Shown here one piece after another: positions 23,328 to 36,714 of a stretch of 64,000 nt of DNA. The notes below the pieces were generated by a model, which saw only the letters and a list, made by a program, of their open reading frames with translations, had not been told where the DNA came from and ran no database searches. This stretch comes from Rhizodiscina lignyota (Eukaryota), in the NCBI GenBank assembly GCA_010015805.1, contig ML978131.1, positions 992,001 through 1,056,000 of the forward strand, given 5' to 3'. The position numbers and the translations under genes are program-made. How positions within the stretch are numbered: position 1 is the first letter of the stretch; each line of letters begins with the position of its first letter.

Positions 23328-26300
23328 TCATACGCCACGGAACTATATATCGAGTTAGCTTCCGGTGCCTAAGATAAGGAAGGAGTCATCCACTTACCAT
23401 CCTAACAATCAAGAACCACACAGCGCCGATAAACCGGAACAAACTCAATCCCGCAACGCTCCACAGCACGACCGCCATGTAAATCGTTGCGCGCTTGTTC
23501 GCCGAGTCCTCGTCGTCCGTCTTGTCACCCGAGATGTGCACCTGCAAGCCACCCGTCTGCAACACCACCGCGGCCAGCGCCAAATTGGAGAACATCCACA
23601 CCAGCACGACCGCGCTGCGGAAACCTTTGTAGTAGTCCTCCTGCTTGGTCGACGGATCGGGTGCCTTCTTGGGTTCGACGAACTTTGCGCGGAAGACGGC
23701 GAGCTCGCGCTCGTACTGCGTGTTGAGGTCCGCGTCGTCCGTGGGTATGGCCACGTCGACCTTGCCGCCGGGCTTGGTGGAGACGGAGCCGAGGTCGTCC
23801 ATTTTGACAGCGCCTTTTGTGCCCCAGGAGACGTCGTGGGTGTTGCAGAAGGCGTAGACGTTCAGGATGTTGATGTAGGTGGGTGTCATGAGAAGATATT
23901 GGATCAGGCAGGTAAACATGTGCCACGGGTCCAAGAACAGGAAGGATATGATGAACCACAGGACGTATGTTGACAGCATCGACACGATGAGTGTGAAGAA
24001 GACTGGGTTCGTGAACAGGTCCGACACGTCGAATTTGTGGTCCTTGACCTGTTCCTGGATGGAGCGAACGGTGATGAAGACCGATGCGAAGATCAAGTAC
24101 GCCATAATGACAACCCAGAACCAGACCATGCTCAGGTAGAACTTGCTCGATCCTTGCGGACGATTACCGAGAGCCAGGACGAAGCATGTTATGAGCACAC
24201 CGAGATAGAACCATTCGAATATGATAGCCAAGACGTTGCCCGTGGTCGACAAGAGATCTTTAGCTCCGAGCGAGAAGGTCAGGATGCGGAATACCAGGAA
24301 GAAGTTGGCGATGGCGAACCAAGCGAAGAGCATGTTGATGGTCTGATACCCAAACTCGATCAAGAACATGAGCTTCCTCATGAACGAGTGGTTACTGCGA
24401 AAGACGGAGAATGCGTGCACGATGGCATAGACGGCGGCGAAGAAACTGCCGTTCAGCCATCTGCGGCGCTGCAGGATAAAGTCGGACATTTCGGTCGGCA
24501 CGTCGGTCTCACCAGTGGCTGACTTGACGTATTGCAGGATCCAAGCACAGTTGCGCTTTGAGACCAGTTCGAAGCAGAGAATACGATCCTCAGCGAGATA
24601 CATGTTTGCAGTGAAGATGCCAGCATCTGCACCGTGAAGTTTCTCACCAGCAAAGTACTTCTCCAGCGGACCTGTCCCAGTCTTGTCGTTCTGCAGCGCT
24701 ACATAACGGTATGCAGAGAAAGCACCAGGTAAGACGGAGATGAAACCAAATGCGGACTCCATGGGCTTGTCGAGGATGTTGCTCATCTTATACTCAAAGT
24801 TCTGCGTCGCAACTAGAGGTCTCCAGAGGTTCTTGCCACGCTCGATCATAGCTTTGATCTCACCGCAAGCACCGGCGCACATTGGCTCGCGATCGAATGC
24901 CTTCCACAAGTGATAAATCGAGTCTCGGCCGGGCTTGGTACCGCAATCGATCAACACGCAAATATTGGGATCCAGAACAGCACCGAATGCCTGGAAGAAC
25001 CACCTATGCGAGTTGATCTTCTTCTGATTCTGCTCCTTCAAGCAGAACAGCATCTGGACCGGAGTGTTACCTTTCTTAACAGTGACAACGTCCTTCTTCA
25101 ACTCCAGGTTCATCTGGGTCGTGTACTCGTAGATGTGAGCCGATACATCCTTGCCGTTAACCTTGTTCTTTGCAATACCGTCCTGGTATACACCCATAGC
25201 TGCAAGCACAGCTCGAGTTCTTGGGTTGATCTTGAGACGGCCATCGCTGACGACGCACACGACAATCTTCTTCCATGCGTCCTTGCCCCAAGTCTTACTG
25301 CTCGTTCTCGAGTTCATATACTCGATATTCTTGATGACACCCATCATGGTGCGGGCAAACAAGACATCGTCCTCGTTGTACATTGTTATCACGATAAAGA
25401 GCTCCGTGTGCCTAGGTTTTGCGAACAGTCTCTGTCGCAACGTGAAGCGCTCTTCGTAGAACTTTGATGGATCGCAAGTCGCTGCCGAATATCTCATATG
25501 TGTAAACTCGTCGCGCTCTGGTGGTTCTGCGTGTGGAACTTGGTTCAGCAACCTCGGAGGAATGGGACAATCAAGGACGAGATTTCCGTTGAAGAGCTGG
25601 ATTTCCTTGACTGTCTTCCAACGTCGAATTGGCGCTGGACCTGGAGAAGGTATAGGATGCGGCTCGTCGTGATAACTCGGCGCCTGCTCCAACGGATCCG
25701 GACCGTACGACGTACCACCAGCCAAAATTGGCTTGCTATCTGCATCCTCGAAGTATTGTCCTTCGTGGGTGTATGAGTGATCGAGAGGTCTGCTGTCCTG
25801 ATGAGGATATCCTTCGCTATAGTATTGGTCATGGTGCGCTTCTGGGTTGAGGGAGTATGCGCCTGGCTGCGGAGGATATTGCGCGTCGTATTGCTCATTA
25901 TGTCCAAATGAGTTCCCCAAGCCTTCTACTGAATACTGCGTCGCAAAACGGTTAGCTATTACTGAATGTATCTCCAAATTTTGCCCTTTGTTGCGGCGAC
26001 TTACTGTAGGTTGGCCCTGCAGTCTATCTCCAGGAGTTCCTGGCCCAGGGCCAGGTCCCATGGGTATCTCTAACGGCCCAGCATCGGGGTGATGAGGAGC
26101 ATCCTCTAACTGGTATCCATGTTGTGGTGGTTGATAGCCAGTAGGGGACTGGTATCGGTGAGGAGAGTGGTATGCGTCGTCTTCGTCAGTGAAGCCAGCG
26201 TTCGCGCCTTTTTGCAATTTGCCCATGTTAGCTGTCGCTCAATAGAAGTCGATACAGGGTGCGAAATGGGAGATCGCTAGGAAGGTCTTCTCTAGTGACA

Positions 26301-26497
26301 GGAGGCTAGAAGTGCTGGCGCGGAATGTGGGGTGGTGAATGGTGAATGGCTTTGTGGTGGTGAAGCGCGTGAACCTACGCAACACAACGAGTGTCACGTC
26401 ATATTCTTCAATGCGACGAGACCCTGCGGCGGTGTTGCTTTGTCCAATGGTGCCAAAACAATGCGAAATAGAGCGTACCTAGTCTGTTATACGCCAT
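23328..26497 (-). CDS. Chitin synthase (division 1, class I-like)
   Basis: 19-nt first exon MAYNRLG (26497-26479); introns 26478-26208, 26004-25936 and 23397-23343; last exon FRGV-stop. Catalytic motifs LAEDRIL and QRRRW, plus [12 protein letters not shown] and HDVSWGTKG. Confidence 0.95.
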
Positions 26498-27664
26498 ATT
26501 GGCTGCTGTGGCTCCCCGTACGCCCACTATATGGGCGATGAGATCACTCGATCACAGGTGATGGAAGCAAGGAACGAGAGTGGTCGCCGTTCGGGTGTGG
26601 AATGCGAAGCGTCGCTCGCCCAGGAACACCCTCACAAAACGCTGTCGCAGTTCGACGTTGCAAATGGTCGAGGTAGAGCAAGGCTCGTTTCAGGTTAAAA
26701 TGGTCAGGACGTCTTGATCGCCGCGCGACGGTAAGCTGCGAGGGCGCCGAGTCGACGATACAGGTGAGCGATGGGTGTGATTTCTTTGAAGAAGTGTAGT
26801 TCAGCAGTGGTGAGCGAAAGACTAGTCTGTGAAAGAGAGAAGTGAAGTCAGAAAAGGGTTTGTTCAGGCGGCTTCGAGGCGTTGTTCGTCTATTCTCGTC
26901 CAAGCCACGCCCGAATCGCGTCGCACTTTTTCCCCCACAGCAACGAATCAAGCCGGGCAACGCCCCAGCATCCACATCCTGGCATCTGGAGAGACGAGAC
27001 GAGGGGCGGAGCAGAAATGACGTACCTTTCGCGCAGATTGTTGATCCCAAGCGTGAGATCAAGTTGGATGTCTTAAATCCAAGTTTCGTCTGTTTGCCTT
27101 TCTTCAGGTATCGTGTGATCGCAAAGGTTGGGTGCGGCTGTGGGTGTAATGCTAAGCGCAAACCTTATACAGTCGGTCACGCCGCACCTGAAGTGCAGCC
27201 TCGTGTGGCGCACGCCATGGCAGTCCGGCGAATTTAAAGGCGGCCGCTAAAGTCTTTCGCGATATCGTGGCTGTGCGCTGTCAAGGGGGGCCGCGGATTG
27301 GCTGCTCCCAAGGCGACGCGTATGCAGGTCCGTCGCTAAATTTATATTTCTGATATCATAATGCGAATCGTTTTCCTTACTGAAGCACTTTTGATTCTTC
27401 AGCAATCGAGTTTCACGATTGTGAGCGTCCGCGCTGTGAAACTTCCTGCATGCTCCAGTTGGATGATGCTGAGCGGCGGATTTTCGTCCAATCGGCAGTC
27501 AGACGCGCGTTCGGGTCTCAAGACAAAGCTCGTTGATCTACAGAGACTGTCGAAGATATTTCAGACACGGTCGCTCCAATTAGAGCGTTCTTTGAGTCAT
27601 TCATGGATGATCATGGAGACCCCCAAAGCCAAGCATGGTCTCGACGCTATCCTATTCACCATTG

Positions 27665-29483
27665 TTATACAAAGCCCGCGGTCTGCTTCACAGCCTTCTC
27701 CCACCTCTCAAACATCTCCTTGCTCTTCTCCTTTGGCATCTCAGGCAAGAATGTTGTCGAGCCCTCCCGGTTGATGCCCTTGAGCTCCTCCAAGTCGTTC
27801 CACACGCCCACTGCCAAACCCGCAGCAATCGCGGCACCGAGAGCGGTGGTCTCGCGCATCGCCGGTCGTTCGACGGGAATGCCGATCAGATCCGATTGCG
27901 TCCTGAAAGTGTATTAGCGTGACGAGTAATAACTTTCTAGCTTGAGACAGGACCCACTGCATAGTCAAATCGCTATTGCTCATACCACCGTCCACGGCGA
28001 GTTCTTGCAGTGCTTTGCCGCTATCCTTCTCCATAGCGTCGAGAATGGCCTTAGTTTCTGCAATCTCCTGTTAAGATATATACCATTTAGAGATGGCCTG
28101 ATAGATACTCACGGTAGCAAGTAGCCTCAAGCGTAGCCCTCGCAATATGGCCCTTCTGCGTATACTGCGTAATACCTAAAATCGTGCCTCTCGAATCGTC
28201 AATCCAGTACGGCGCAAACAATCCCGAAAAGGCAGTCACAAAGACACAGCCTCCGTTATCCTCAACTGTCGATGCGAGATCGCTAATCTTGTCGGACGAT
28301 GGAACGAATCCGAGGTTGTTGATGAGGAACTTGACGGCTGATCCAGCAACCGCAATACTTCCCTCCAGAGCATACACCGGCTTGCCTTCGAAGTGATACG
28401 CGACTGTTGCAAGTAGACCGTGTTTCGAAATGACGGGCTTCTCACCGACGTTGTAGAGCAAGAAGCAGCCAGTACCGTACGTGTTCTTCGCATTTCCCGG
28501 AGAGAACCCTTTCTGGCCAACGAGCGCAGCCGACTGGTCGCCCAAGCAGCCGGTGATCTTGGTTCCCTTGAGGGATGTGCTGGCTAGCTTGCCGTACGAC
28601 TCCTTGTCAGACGATCGAATGATCTTTGGCAGCGCCAGTTTGTTCTTGTCGAGCTGGAAGAAGTTGAGCAGCGTGTCATCGTACTCAAAAGTCTCAAGAT
28701 TCATGAACATGCTCCGAGACGCGTTGGTTGGATCTGATACAAAGACGTTGTTCTCAGGGCCACCGTTCAACTTGTAAACTAGCCAAGCATCAACGGTGCC
28801 GAAGGCAAGATTGCCGGCCTCGTAGCACTTCTTTACTTCCGGTACATTCTCCATCATCCAGAGAAGCTTGCCAACGGATGGGTATGTCGACAGTGGCAGA
28901 CCGCAAATGTCCTGTAGTTTGTCTGAGCCATCTCGCTTCTTCAGCTCCCTTATCATGGCCGCGGTTCTGGTGTCCGTCCACACGATTGCGTTGTAGAGAG
29001 GCTGGCCTGTCGTCTTATCCCATACGACAGTCGTCTCTCGCTGATTTGTGATACCGACCGCCTTGATCGTGTTGAGGGCGTGGCCACGGCGCTTGAAGAC
29101 CTTGACGGCTCCCTCGATGCAGTTAACGACGGACTCGACAATCTCAATGGGGTCATGTTCATGCCAGCTAGATGCAAAGTTAGATATTCTGGGCTTGGAT
29201 GGTGGTGTCGCTGTCGTGCTCACCCAGGATGGGGGTATATCTGCTTGAACTCAATCTGATGCGAAGCTACCGGTTCTCCCTCGTGATTGAATATCAGGAA
29301 CCTAGTAGAAGTTGTGCCTTGATCGATTGATCCAATGAATTCCTCACGAGCATGCTTCTTGTGGTGGCCACTGACAGGTGCCGCCCGCTCAATTTCCTCC
29401 AGACGTGTCTCAAGACGCTTCTGTGCATCTTGGATGGATTTGAGCACATCCAATATCTGGTTGTTTGACGCGTCTGCAGCCAT
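27665..29483 (-). CDS. GUT1: Glycerol kinase (FGGY family)
   Basis: [53 protein letters not shown] and ETTALGAA motifs; three introns. Confidence 0.95.
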
Positions 29484-32234
29484 CTTAGCGACCAGGAATC
29501 GGGGCACTACTTTCAATAAGATGTGGCAAGATGGTCACAATGGCTTCAGATTCCAAGTTCGGAGGGATTTCCTCTGGGAGGAGCAACGGGCAATAATACG
29601 ACAACTGGGGATAATACTTTTTGTTGTCCTACGGCGGCCTTGAGCAGCTACTTTAACCCGAAGGAAGGTTGAAAGAGCTCGAGAGCTTCTAGGCTGATGT
29701 ATATGACGGAACATGTGACGACGACCGGAGAAATTGCCTCTGGGCAAGCACGCGGGGTAGCGCAGCTCGTACGGTTGTTGGAGCACGAACTCTTACGCGG
29801 GCCACAAAAGCAACTGCGGAGAGGATTCCGCCCGACGTTCTGCGTTGATGTGACGGCGGATGACGGTTGCGATGCAGGTACAACGGTACCTTCAACTCGG
29901 AGAGATGTCTGTTCCCCAAGCTCCAGGTTGATGGGACGAGGCCGAATCGAAGATATAAAACCTGGTGATGCTCAATTGCGACAGACGGTGACAAGCGTTT
30001 CCAAGGCGATACTCGAGATGACCCACAGCAGCGCGAAATTTGCGTGATGGATGCTCCGCCAAAAGGTGGAGCACAAGTCCACCGAGTCATCGACACAAGC
30101 AGGCGTGCGCTATCCGCCGCTAGTCCGAGAAAGGCATGGCGCGGCCGCTCCACTCAACCTCACTCGTCCAGCCTCGAGCCTTTTCTTCGCTGGCCGTCTC
30201 CAGGAAAGAGCACTGCTGCTCCACGATTCCACGACATTGTCAGCACATGCAGCAGCCGTATCCCATCTGCGCTGTTAGCGAGCTGACCACGAGCACGATG
30301 TTTACCCCAGACCTTGGCGTGCTCGCCGTTGGACTACTCCGCACTCTCACCCCTGACATCCCTGCCTCTCATCCCGATGCTTTGCTTCGAACCTCTTTCC
30401 GCTCGCGTGGTCTCCGCCGGGTCTCTGTCTGATCCCTTGGAATTTCGCGATTTGTGCTTCCACACATGTAAGGCGTCCCATATTAAACGGATTTCAACGG
30501 CATGCGAGCCGTTCGCCCAGACGGCGAGAGATGGCAATCCGGTCAATCCGGCTTTGCACCCGCTGACTGAGACGACGAACTCAAGCTGGGTACGAACGCA
30601 CTGCACATGATGCGGCTCATAGCGGAGAGTTCAATACGCAATGGGCTGCGGTGAGTGACAGCTTCTGGAGAATGCTGACTTGTCGTTTACGAGGACGCTG
30701 AGGAATTGCTTCCCAGTCTGTACAAGCGCGGCTAAAAGCGTGCGAGCAACCCCACATACTCAGCTGCATGTAACGGGACCCAAGCATGCAGTGGCGCATT
30801 TGGCTTCTAGATGGGTGCTAGCAACGCCACCCCATCGGTTCGTGAGCTTGATGCGGCATATACAACCAGAAGCAAAAGAAACAAATTTCCCTGGAGTGCC
30901 GAACTACTGTTCGATCATCCACAGCGTGACATGTGCGTTCCTGCCGCCATCTCATCAAGACAAAGGTAATCAATTGCAGCCGCGGCACAGTTCACTCCCA
31001 CCGAATCCCACAGCTGTCGTTTGCTTTTCTCTTAATTGCAAACAGTATACGCAGTGGGACCACTAGGATTACGCCGCCATATTACTGATCCCTGTTTCGA
31101 CATCATCACCCTCATAGGCGGGTCTGCATCCACTGGAATCACTTTTGAACCCGAACGGTCATCTACCCGCCATAACCGGATAGTGAACTTGTGTGCTGTT
31201 GTATTGCAAGTTGTCGTTTGCAGGAAATCGTTGTTTGTCGAGGACGTTATTGTTTGGTGTTGCGTTGCGTGGGGAGCCGCGATGTCGTGAAAGTCGCATT
31301 GCCAAATTCGACGCCGAGACGCCGTTCTCTAGAATGTGTCCGATAGCACAGCGGAAGTGATCCGCGAAGAAAATCCCCCCCTTTTGATGGCAAGTCGTCG
31401 CAACCATATGCAATCCAAATTGTAAGACCCGTATCCCCGGATTGCTACGGCTTTCAACCCGTATTAGTGTCCACTTTCCTCGTTGGTCAGTTCATACTCT
31501 CCCATGTCACCTTCAACACCAGCCTCCACCGTCACTAGCCAATCCCGGGCATCGTGCTGCGCGAGACCTTGAGACTGCCCAGAAGGTTGCTTGCATCTGG
31601 ACTTTGAGTCTTGCCCACGTTTTTTCGATCGGACATGCCGCAGCCTCACGGCATCCTTTACGCGTGGCTACTGCAAGCCCAGGCAACGGACTGTCATCGT
31701 TTCGCTCCCGATGTTAACGGCCTGAGTACTGTATCAGAATCGGACCGAGCACTGTCACAGGTGGAGTCGCCTTCAGACAAACCCACTATGGGGATGTTGC
31801 CTCCACAGTGGGACCTTTCTGAACTTTCCTAGTCCTCGGCCTTTAGTGGAGAAGCACTGCCTCTGGCATATTCCCTCAATGCAGAGCTAAAGGATTGTCA
31901 TTAATTTTGGGGTCATACGGTCAAAGGTGAGTATCTCAAGGTTGAGAGTACCCCAGCCGTGCTCCTGGCCTTCCGAAAGAGGGGTTTTGCGGAGGACGGC
32001 CTGCGCAAGGATTCTACATAAGTGTCAGCTCTTTTTCTTGCAATCACAGGATCGGAGAATTGGCCTAACCCAATATTACCAAGCATCCTTGCGCTTTGGT
32101 GTCTTATATCCAGCTCTTTCCCGACATCCCTTTACTGATCTTCGCGGCCATCATTAACATCGCCTGACTTTCGGAGATTTCCTCTCGTCGTGAAGGCAGC
32201 AGTCACCACATAGCAATATACTGAGGCCGACAAT

Positions 32235-33569
32235 ATGGTGGACAAGAAGGAAATTTTGGACTTTCAAGGCGGGAGCCAGAGCACTCTGGAGAATGGCACA
32301 CACCACATTGAGGATCCAAGAAGGAAAAACGACCCCATACCAGAAATAGACAGACAACACACCTACGAAGAACATGGCCCTGGTATCGATCACGACATCC
32401 CGCAAGCACATGAAAAGCCTTCTCACCCGGAACTGACATGGCCAAAGATCAGAGCGTTCATGCAAGAGCCGTTTTCCGAGTTCTGGGGAACCTTCATTAT
32501 CATCATGTTCGGCGACGGTGTTGTTGCGCAAGTTGTTCTCTCCCAAGGGGCAAAGGGCAGCTACCAATCCATCTCGTGGGGCTGGGGGTAAGTTTTCCTC
32601 CCCCTCTCTTCTCATCTCTTCTCTTCTCTTCTTACATTCCCGGCCGAGAGCCCGACCAACCCCGGATGGTAATCTCTCACTGACTCTCCGTCCAGTCTGG
32701 GCGTCATGCTTGGTGTGTACGTCGGCGGCAAGTCTGGCGCCCATCTGAATCCTGCTGTCACGCTGGCCAACTGTGTGTTCCGCAAGCACCCATGGCGGAA
32801 GTTTCCCGTGTACGCACTCGCACAGCTCTTAGGTGCGATGCTTGCGGCAGCGGTCGTTTATGGCAATTATCGCTCTGCCATCGATAACCTGGAAGGATAC
32901 AATGTGCGCACAGTGGCCACTGCGACGAATCCGAATGGTACGGCGGGAATCTTCTGTACCTACCCAGCTCCTGTAAGTCAATCCAACTCTTTCATTCCTT
33001 CTTTCGTGGATGCTCTTTCGGACATGGCTAACACTAAAATCCAGTTCATGACGAAGACCGGTCAATTCTTCTCCGAATACATCGCCAGCGCGCTGCTCAT
33101 GTTCCTCATCTTCGCCTGCACCGATGGCAGCAACCTCGGCGCGGTAACACCCGGCAGCAACAACCTCGTCCCGCTCTGTCTCTTCTTCATCATCTTCGGC
33201 ATAGGCGCCTGCTTCGGTTGGGAAACTGGCTATGCCATCAACCTTGCTCGTGACTTCGGCCCCAGGTTAGTGTCATTCATGGTCGGATACGGCCATGAAG
33301 TTTGGAGCTTCGGCGGGTATTATTTCTGGGTATGCAATCCCTTTAATTATCGTTTATGGAATCCTCGGCCGTAAAAGTACTGATATTGTGGATAGGTCCC
33401 TATGGTTGCTCCATTCTGTGGCACGTTGACGGGCGGCCTGCTTTACGACCTCTTCATCTACACTGGACACAGCCCGATTAACAGCCCGTACATGGGGCTC
33501 AACCGCTTCCTTTCTTGGACGCCAAAGACGTGGTCTAACACGTACAACAGGGCCGAGAAGGCGGTGTGA
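32235..33569 (+). CDS. Aquaglyceroporin (MIP family, NPA/NLA type)
   Basis: SGAHLNPAVT and GYAINLARDFGPR signatures (D after the second box is glyceroporin-type). Three introns; last exon 33396-33569. Confidence 0.93.
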
Positions 33570-34567
33570 TACAGCTGCAACCTTCCAAGCTTAGATCCAT
33601 AGCAATTAAGAGCCACGGAACCAGGCATGAGTGAAAGAGTGGCTTTCTAAATCCGAGACGATTGGTGCTAGCGTCTGGGTCAACCGGCAATGGCAGAGTA
33701 CCGTTCCGGAGTTGACATATTTGATGATTCCATATCTTTTGATGATGTTATGTGTGGATGTGTTGATGAAGTAGCATATCCGGCGTCTGGAGTGGATATT
33801 CCTCTTCTTATGTAAAAGCCGACTTGGAATTGGTCCAGCAGAGTGAAAGGGACTAGCTCGGTAGCCTCATTTTTTCGTCCCTCAGTTGAAGCTGGCAGCG
33901 CGAGATAGGCGAGTATTTAAGAGTACCGTGATCTGATCCATCGACAGGAAGATCCCTGTGCTCCCGCTTTGGTACGTGTCCATGGCCAATGGGGTGTGGC
34001 GTTCCGTGGTTCTGGGATCATGCTAGGCATTACCGCTCCATACTTGATGCCCAATATGAGTATCGTCCATCATTTCATGACGAGAGAAGTAGAGAATAAT
34101 TCTTCTGTGAAATCTGGGGTGCAGCGGACTATAACAAGCCCACGATAAAGGCTAGCCCCCCGAGCAGGCCGAACCTTAAAAATGCGGCACGCTCTCTACC
34201 GCTCCGTACAACCCCGGTCTCACGATGTCTGGCTATTTCTGCAAGTGAGCATCCAAGCTCTGATATAAAATGCTGCTTCCGTCTAGACCATCATGGTATG
34301 GTAATCGGGCTACCTAAGCAAATTTTTCCGGCAGGTGGTTGTTCCAATGTTACTCTTATTTGTCAAGGCGCGATTCTCGCCAGCTTCCATTTGAAGTACC
34401 TTCGTACGAGGTTTAGTTACTGTCGTATGAGAAGAGCTAGAGAAAACAGGCCGAAATTAATGCGTTCGATCAAATGCGTATTTCGCCAATAAGAAATATT
34501 TGCACAAGCCGTTTCAGACTCCATTTCGCGCCATGCCAATGTCCCATTTCGTAACCATCCTCCCTCT

Positions 34568-36215
34568 TCAAGCTGCGTCCTGTGAATTCGTTTCCTTCTG
34601 CCTCTCCTCCCCCAAATGCTTCAACATGAAACTCCTCTTAAAATAAGTATTCGGATGCAGAATCGTATCTAGCTCGCTGGCGCTCCATAATCCTTCATCC
34701 TTAACCTTCTTGATCTCTTTTTTGTGCGTAAAGTCGAACACCCGATTGCACGCGATGTGATACCGCTGCTTGCCCACATCTTCCCTTACACCCTTTAGTA
34801 CTTCCCTATCACTAATCCCCGTATTCTGTAACAGCGCAACAAGATTGTCCGGACTGAACGTCCTATACGGGCATCCGTGATTCTGCCCTGTCCCCGGTAA
34901 CGCCTCCGTCAACAGCTTCTGGCACGAGTACGGTGTATAGCCTCTCCCACGCCTATTTGCATCGCCGCCGACGTCGCCGTATGAGTGCCGCACATTATAT
35001 CTATACTCCTTATCGAACTTCTCGTCTGTCATGTTGCGGAATGACCGGCGCCAGAAGAGCAGCGCGTCTTCGAGCGAGAGGCCGAGACCTTTGAGGAAGA
35101 GGCCGTATTGCAGACGGCCGAAGTGCTTGAGGTGCGCGTTCGCGCGGAGCGTGCTGTGCAGGTGCGACATGCAGAGCGGGAAGTGTTGCGAGAGGGCGTC
35201 GATGTTGGAGGCGTTGGGGTGCAGATTGCCCGGGAGGGCGTCGGAGGTGGAGTAAGAGATGTCGGGGGCTGTGAAGGATTTGGAGAGGTGATGAAGGATA
35301 GGGCTGAGTCGGTCGTCTTCATCTAGACGGGGGAGTGCGCGCGCAGTCCACTGTTTTGTGCTGTCAGTTGTAGCCCAATCAATTGGTGGTTCTCTCGCCA
35401 TAGACAAACCTCCAGGTTTTGATCGAGTCTGCGTGTGAACTCTGCAACCACCAGGGTCATCTGCTCCCTCTGCGGTACATATGCCATCCCCCTCTTCAAC
35501 AGAACTCTCCTCTGCTCCACAAGCTCTGGTACCTTCTCCCATTCCACCTTAAACCATCCCTCCTCTTCGCCCCACTTGCCCAACCCTGACGCAGCGGTAA
35601 GTTCGCTTCCCAACTCCTTCCTTTCCGCATCGCTGACCTTCTCCCAGTCGAAGTTCAGGCTATCGATAAACGCAGCACGTTCTCTGCTATCGTCGTCTTT
35701 GAATCTCAATCGGAAGAGCATCGTCTCGAGCCTGGAGAAGCGGCGCCGTAAATCTTCCGTTGAGGAGAAAGCTAGTCGCAAGATGAAGTGGGAGTAGTGA
35801 TCGCGTTTCCGCTCATCATCCAAAGTCGAACTCCTTGAAGAATTCGAGCGTAACGGCATATATTTATCCAGAATAGATGCCATGTAAGACGCCGTTTCTT
35901 CTGGCGTGCGGTTGCGAAAGGTGCATGCTTCGAGCTCGCCAAGAACTGGATAATTATCAATATTCTTTATCTATCTAGATATCTAGAAGATATCTAGAAC
36001 CGAATTAGGATTTCAAACTACACACCTTTTAACCTGTTTATCGCCCATTCTTCAAACTCCTCCAAGGTGATCTCTGCGGTCGGGGGAATAGCATAGAAGT
36101 TAAGACGGTGCTTGTATTCCTGGAGTTCAAAGTTTGCCTGTGCGAATTGTCGCTTTTTGTAGTCGATGTTATTGCGCCTTTTGGGGTCGACGCGATTGAA
36201 TTCTTGTCGAAGCAT
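34568..36215 (-). CDS. PRI2: DNA primase large subunit
   Basis: RLNFYAIPP, RKRDHYSHFILRLAF, 4Fe-4S domain FPLCM...HLKHFGRLQ...YSCQK...HGCPY...ACN, HPNTYF; two introns. Confidence 0.95.
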
Positions 36216-36246
36216 GTCGGGCGCGGCTGTAGAATCTACAAGGTAG

Positions 36247-36337
36247 CGCGTAAGCTGTTGATTCAGAGTGCCACTTTGGAGTTTGGGAGGACGCGTTGAT
36301 GACGCGCGGGGAAACGCGCTTCTGGTGTTCGACGCGT
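36247..36337. promoter_or_regulatory. MCB (MluI cell-cycle box) cluster upstream of PRI2
   Basis: ACGCGT at 36291 and 36332, ACGCG cores at 36302 and 36314, and CGCGT at 36247, all within ~120 bp of the ATG of a DNA-replication gene. Confidence 0.7.
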
Positions 36338-36714
36338 TTTCCGAGAATGGGCCGGCATCGGGGGCTATTGAATACATTACCCGCATTTGATATTTTCTAA
36401 ATTAATGCCCTTCCAGCTCGAGCATGTCCATAAATCTACACTGCTGTAAAATTGACACCAGAATCGTATCAAGCAACCTACTCCGTATGAACTTTGGAGC
36501 CTGGGGTCAAACACCATAATGCATTGGACTCTCTTCGCAGGATTGCTAAAACGCAAAGAATACAAAGCGCAAGACTCTTCACCATGTCAACCCCCCAGAG
36601 TATACATTCTCCTAATGGATCGTACCCTTTCATTGCCTCATGGTCTAATCAAGCAAGTCTATCTCTTAAACGATTCAGAAAAGGGTCGTAGAAACCCTTC
36701 CCCACTCCAAACTT

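Noticed and set aside
23365..25467. Long plus-strand ORFs (202, 161 and 185 aa) antisense to chitin synthase, and similar ones opposite other genes
   Set aside because: Shadow ORFs expected from the GC3-biased codon usage of the real genes.
29520..32200. CreA-type SYGGRG sites in the glycerol kinase/aquaglyceroporin promoter
   Set aside because: About a dozen matches are seen, close to the chance expectation for this degenerate motif in 2.7 kb.
32973..33044. Several in-frame stop-free (3n) introns (here, P450, CHS, two in oxdC) as a possible retention programme
   Set aside because: The count is compatible with chance for short introns, and all have normal splice signals.
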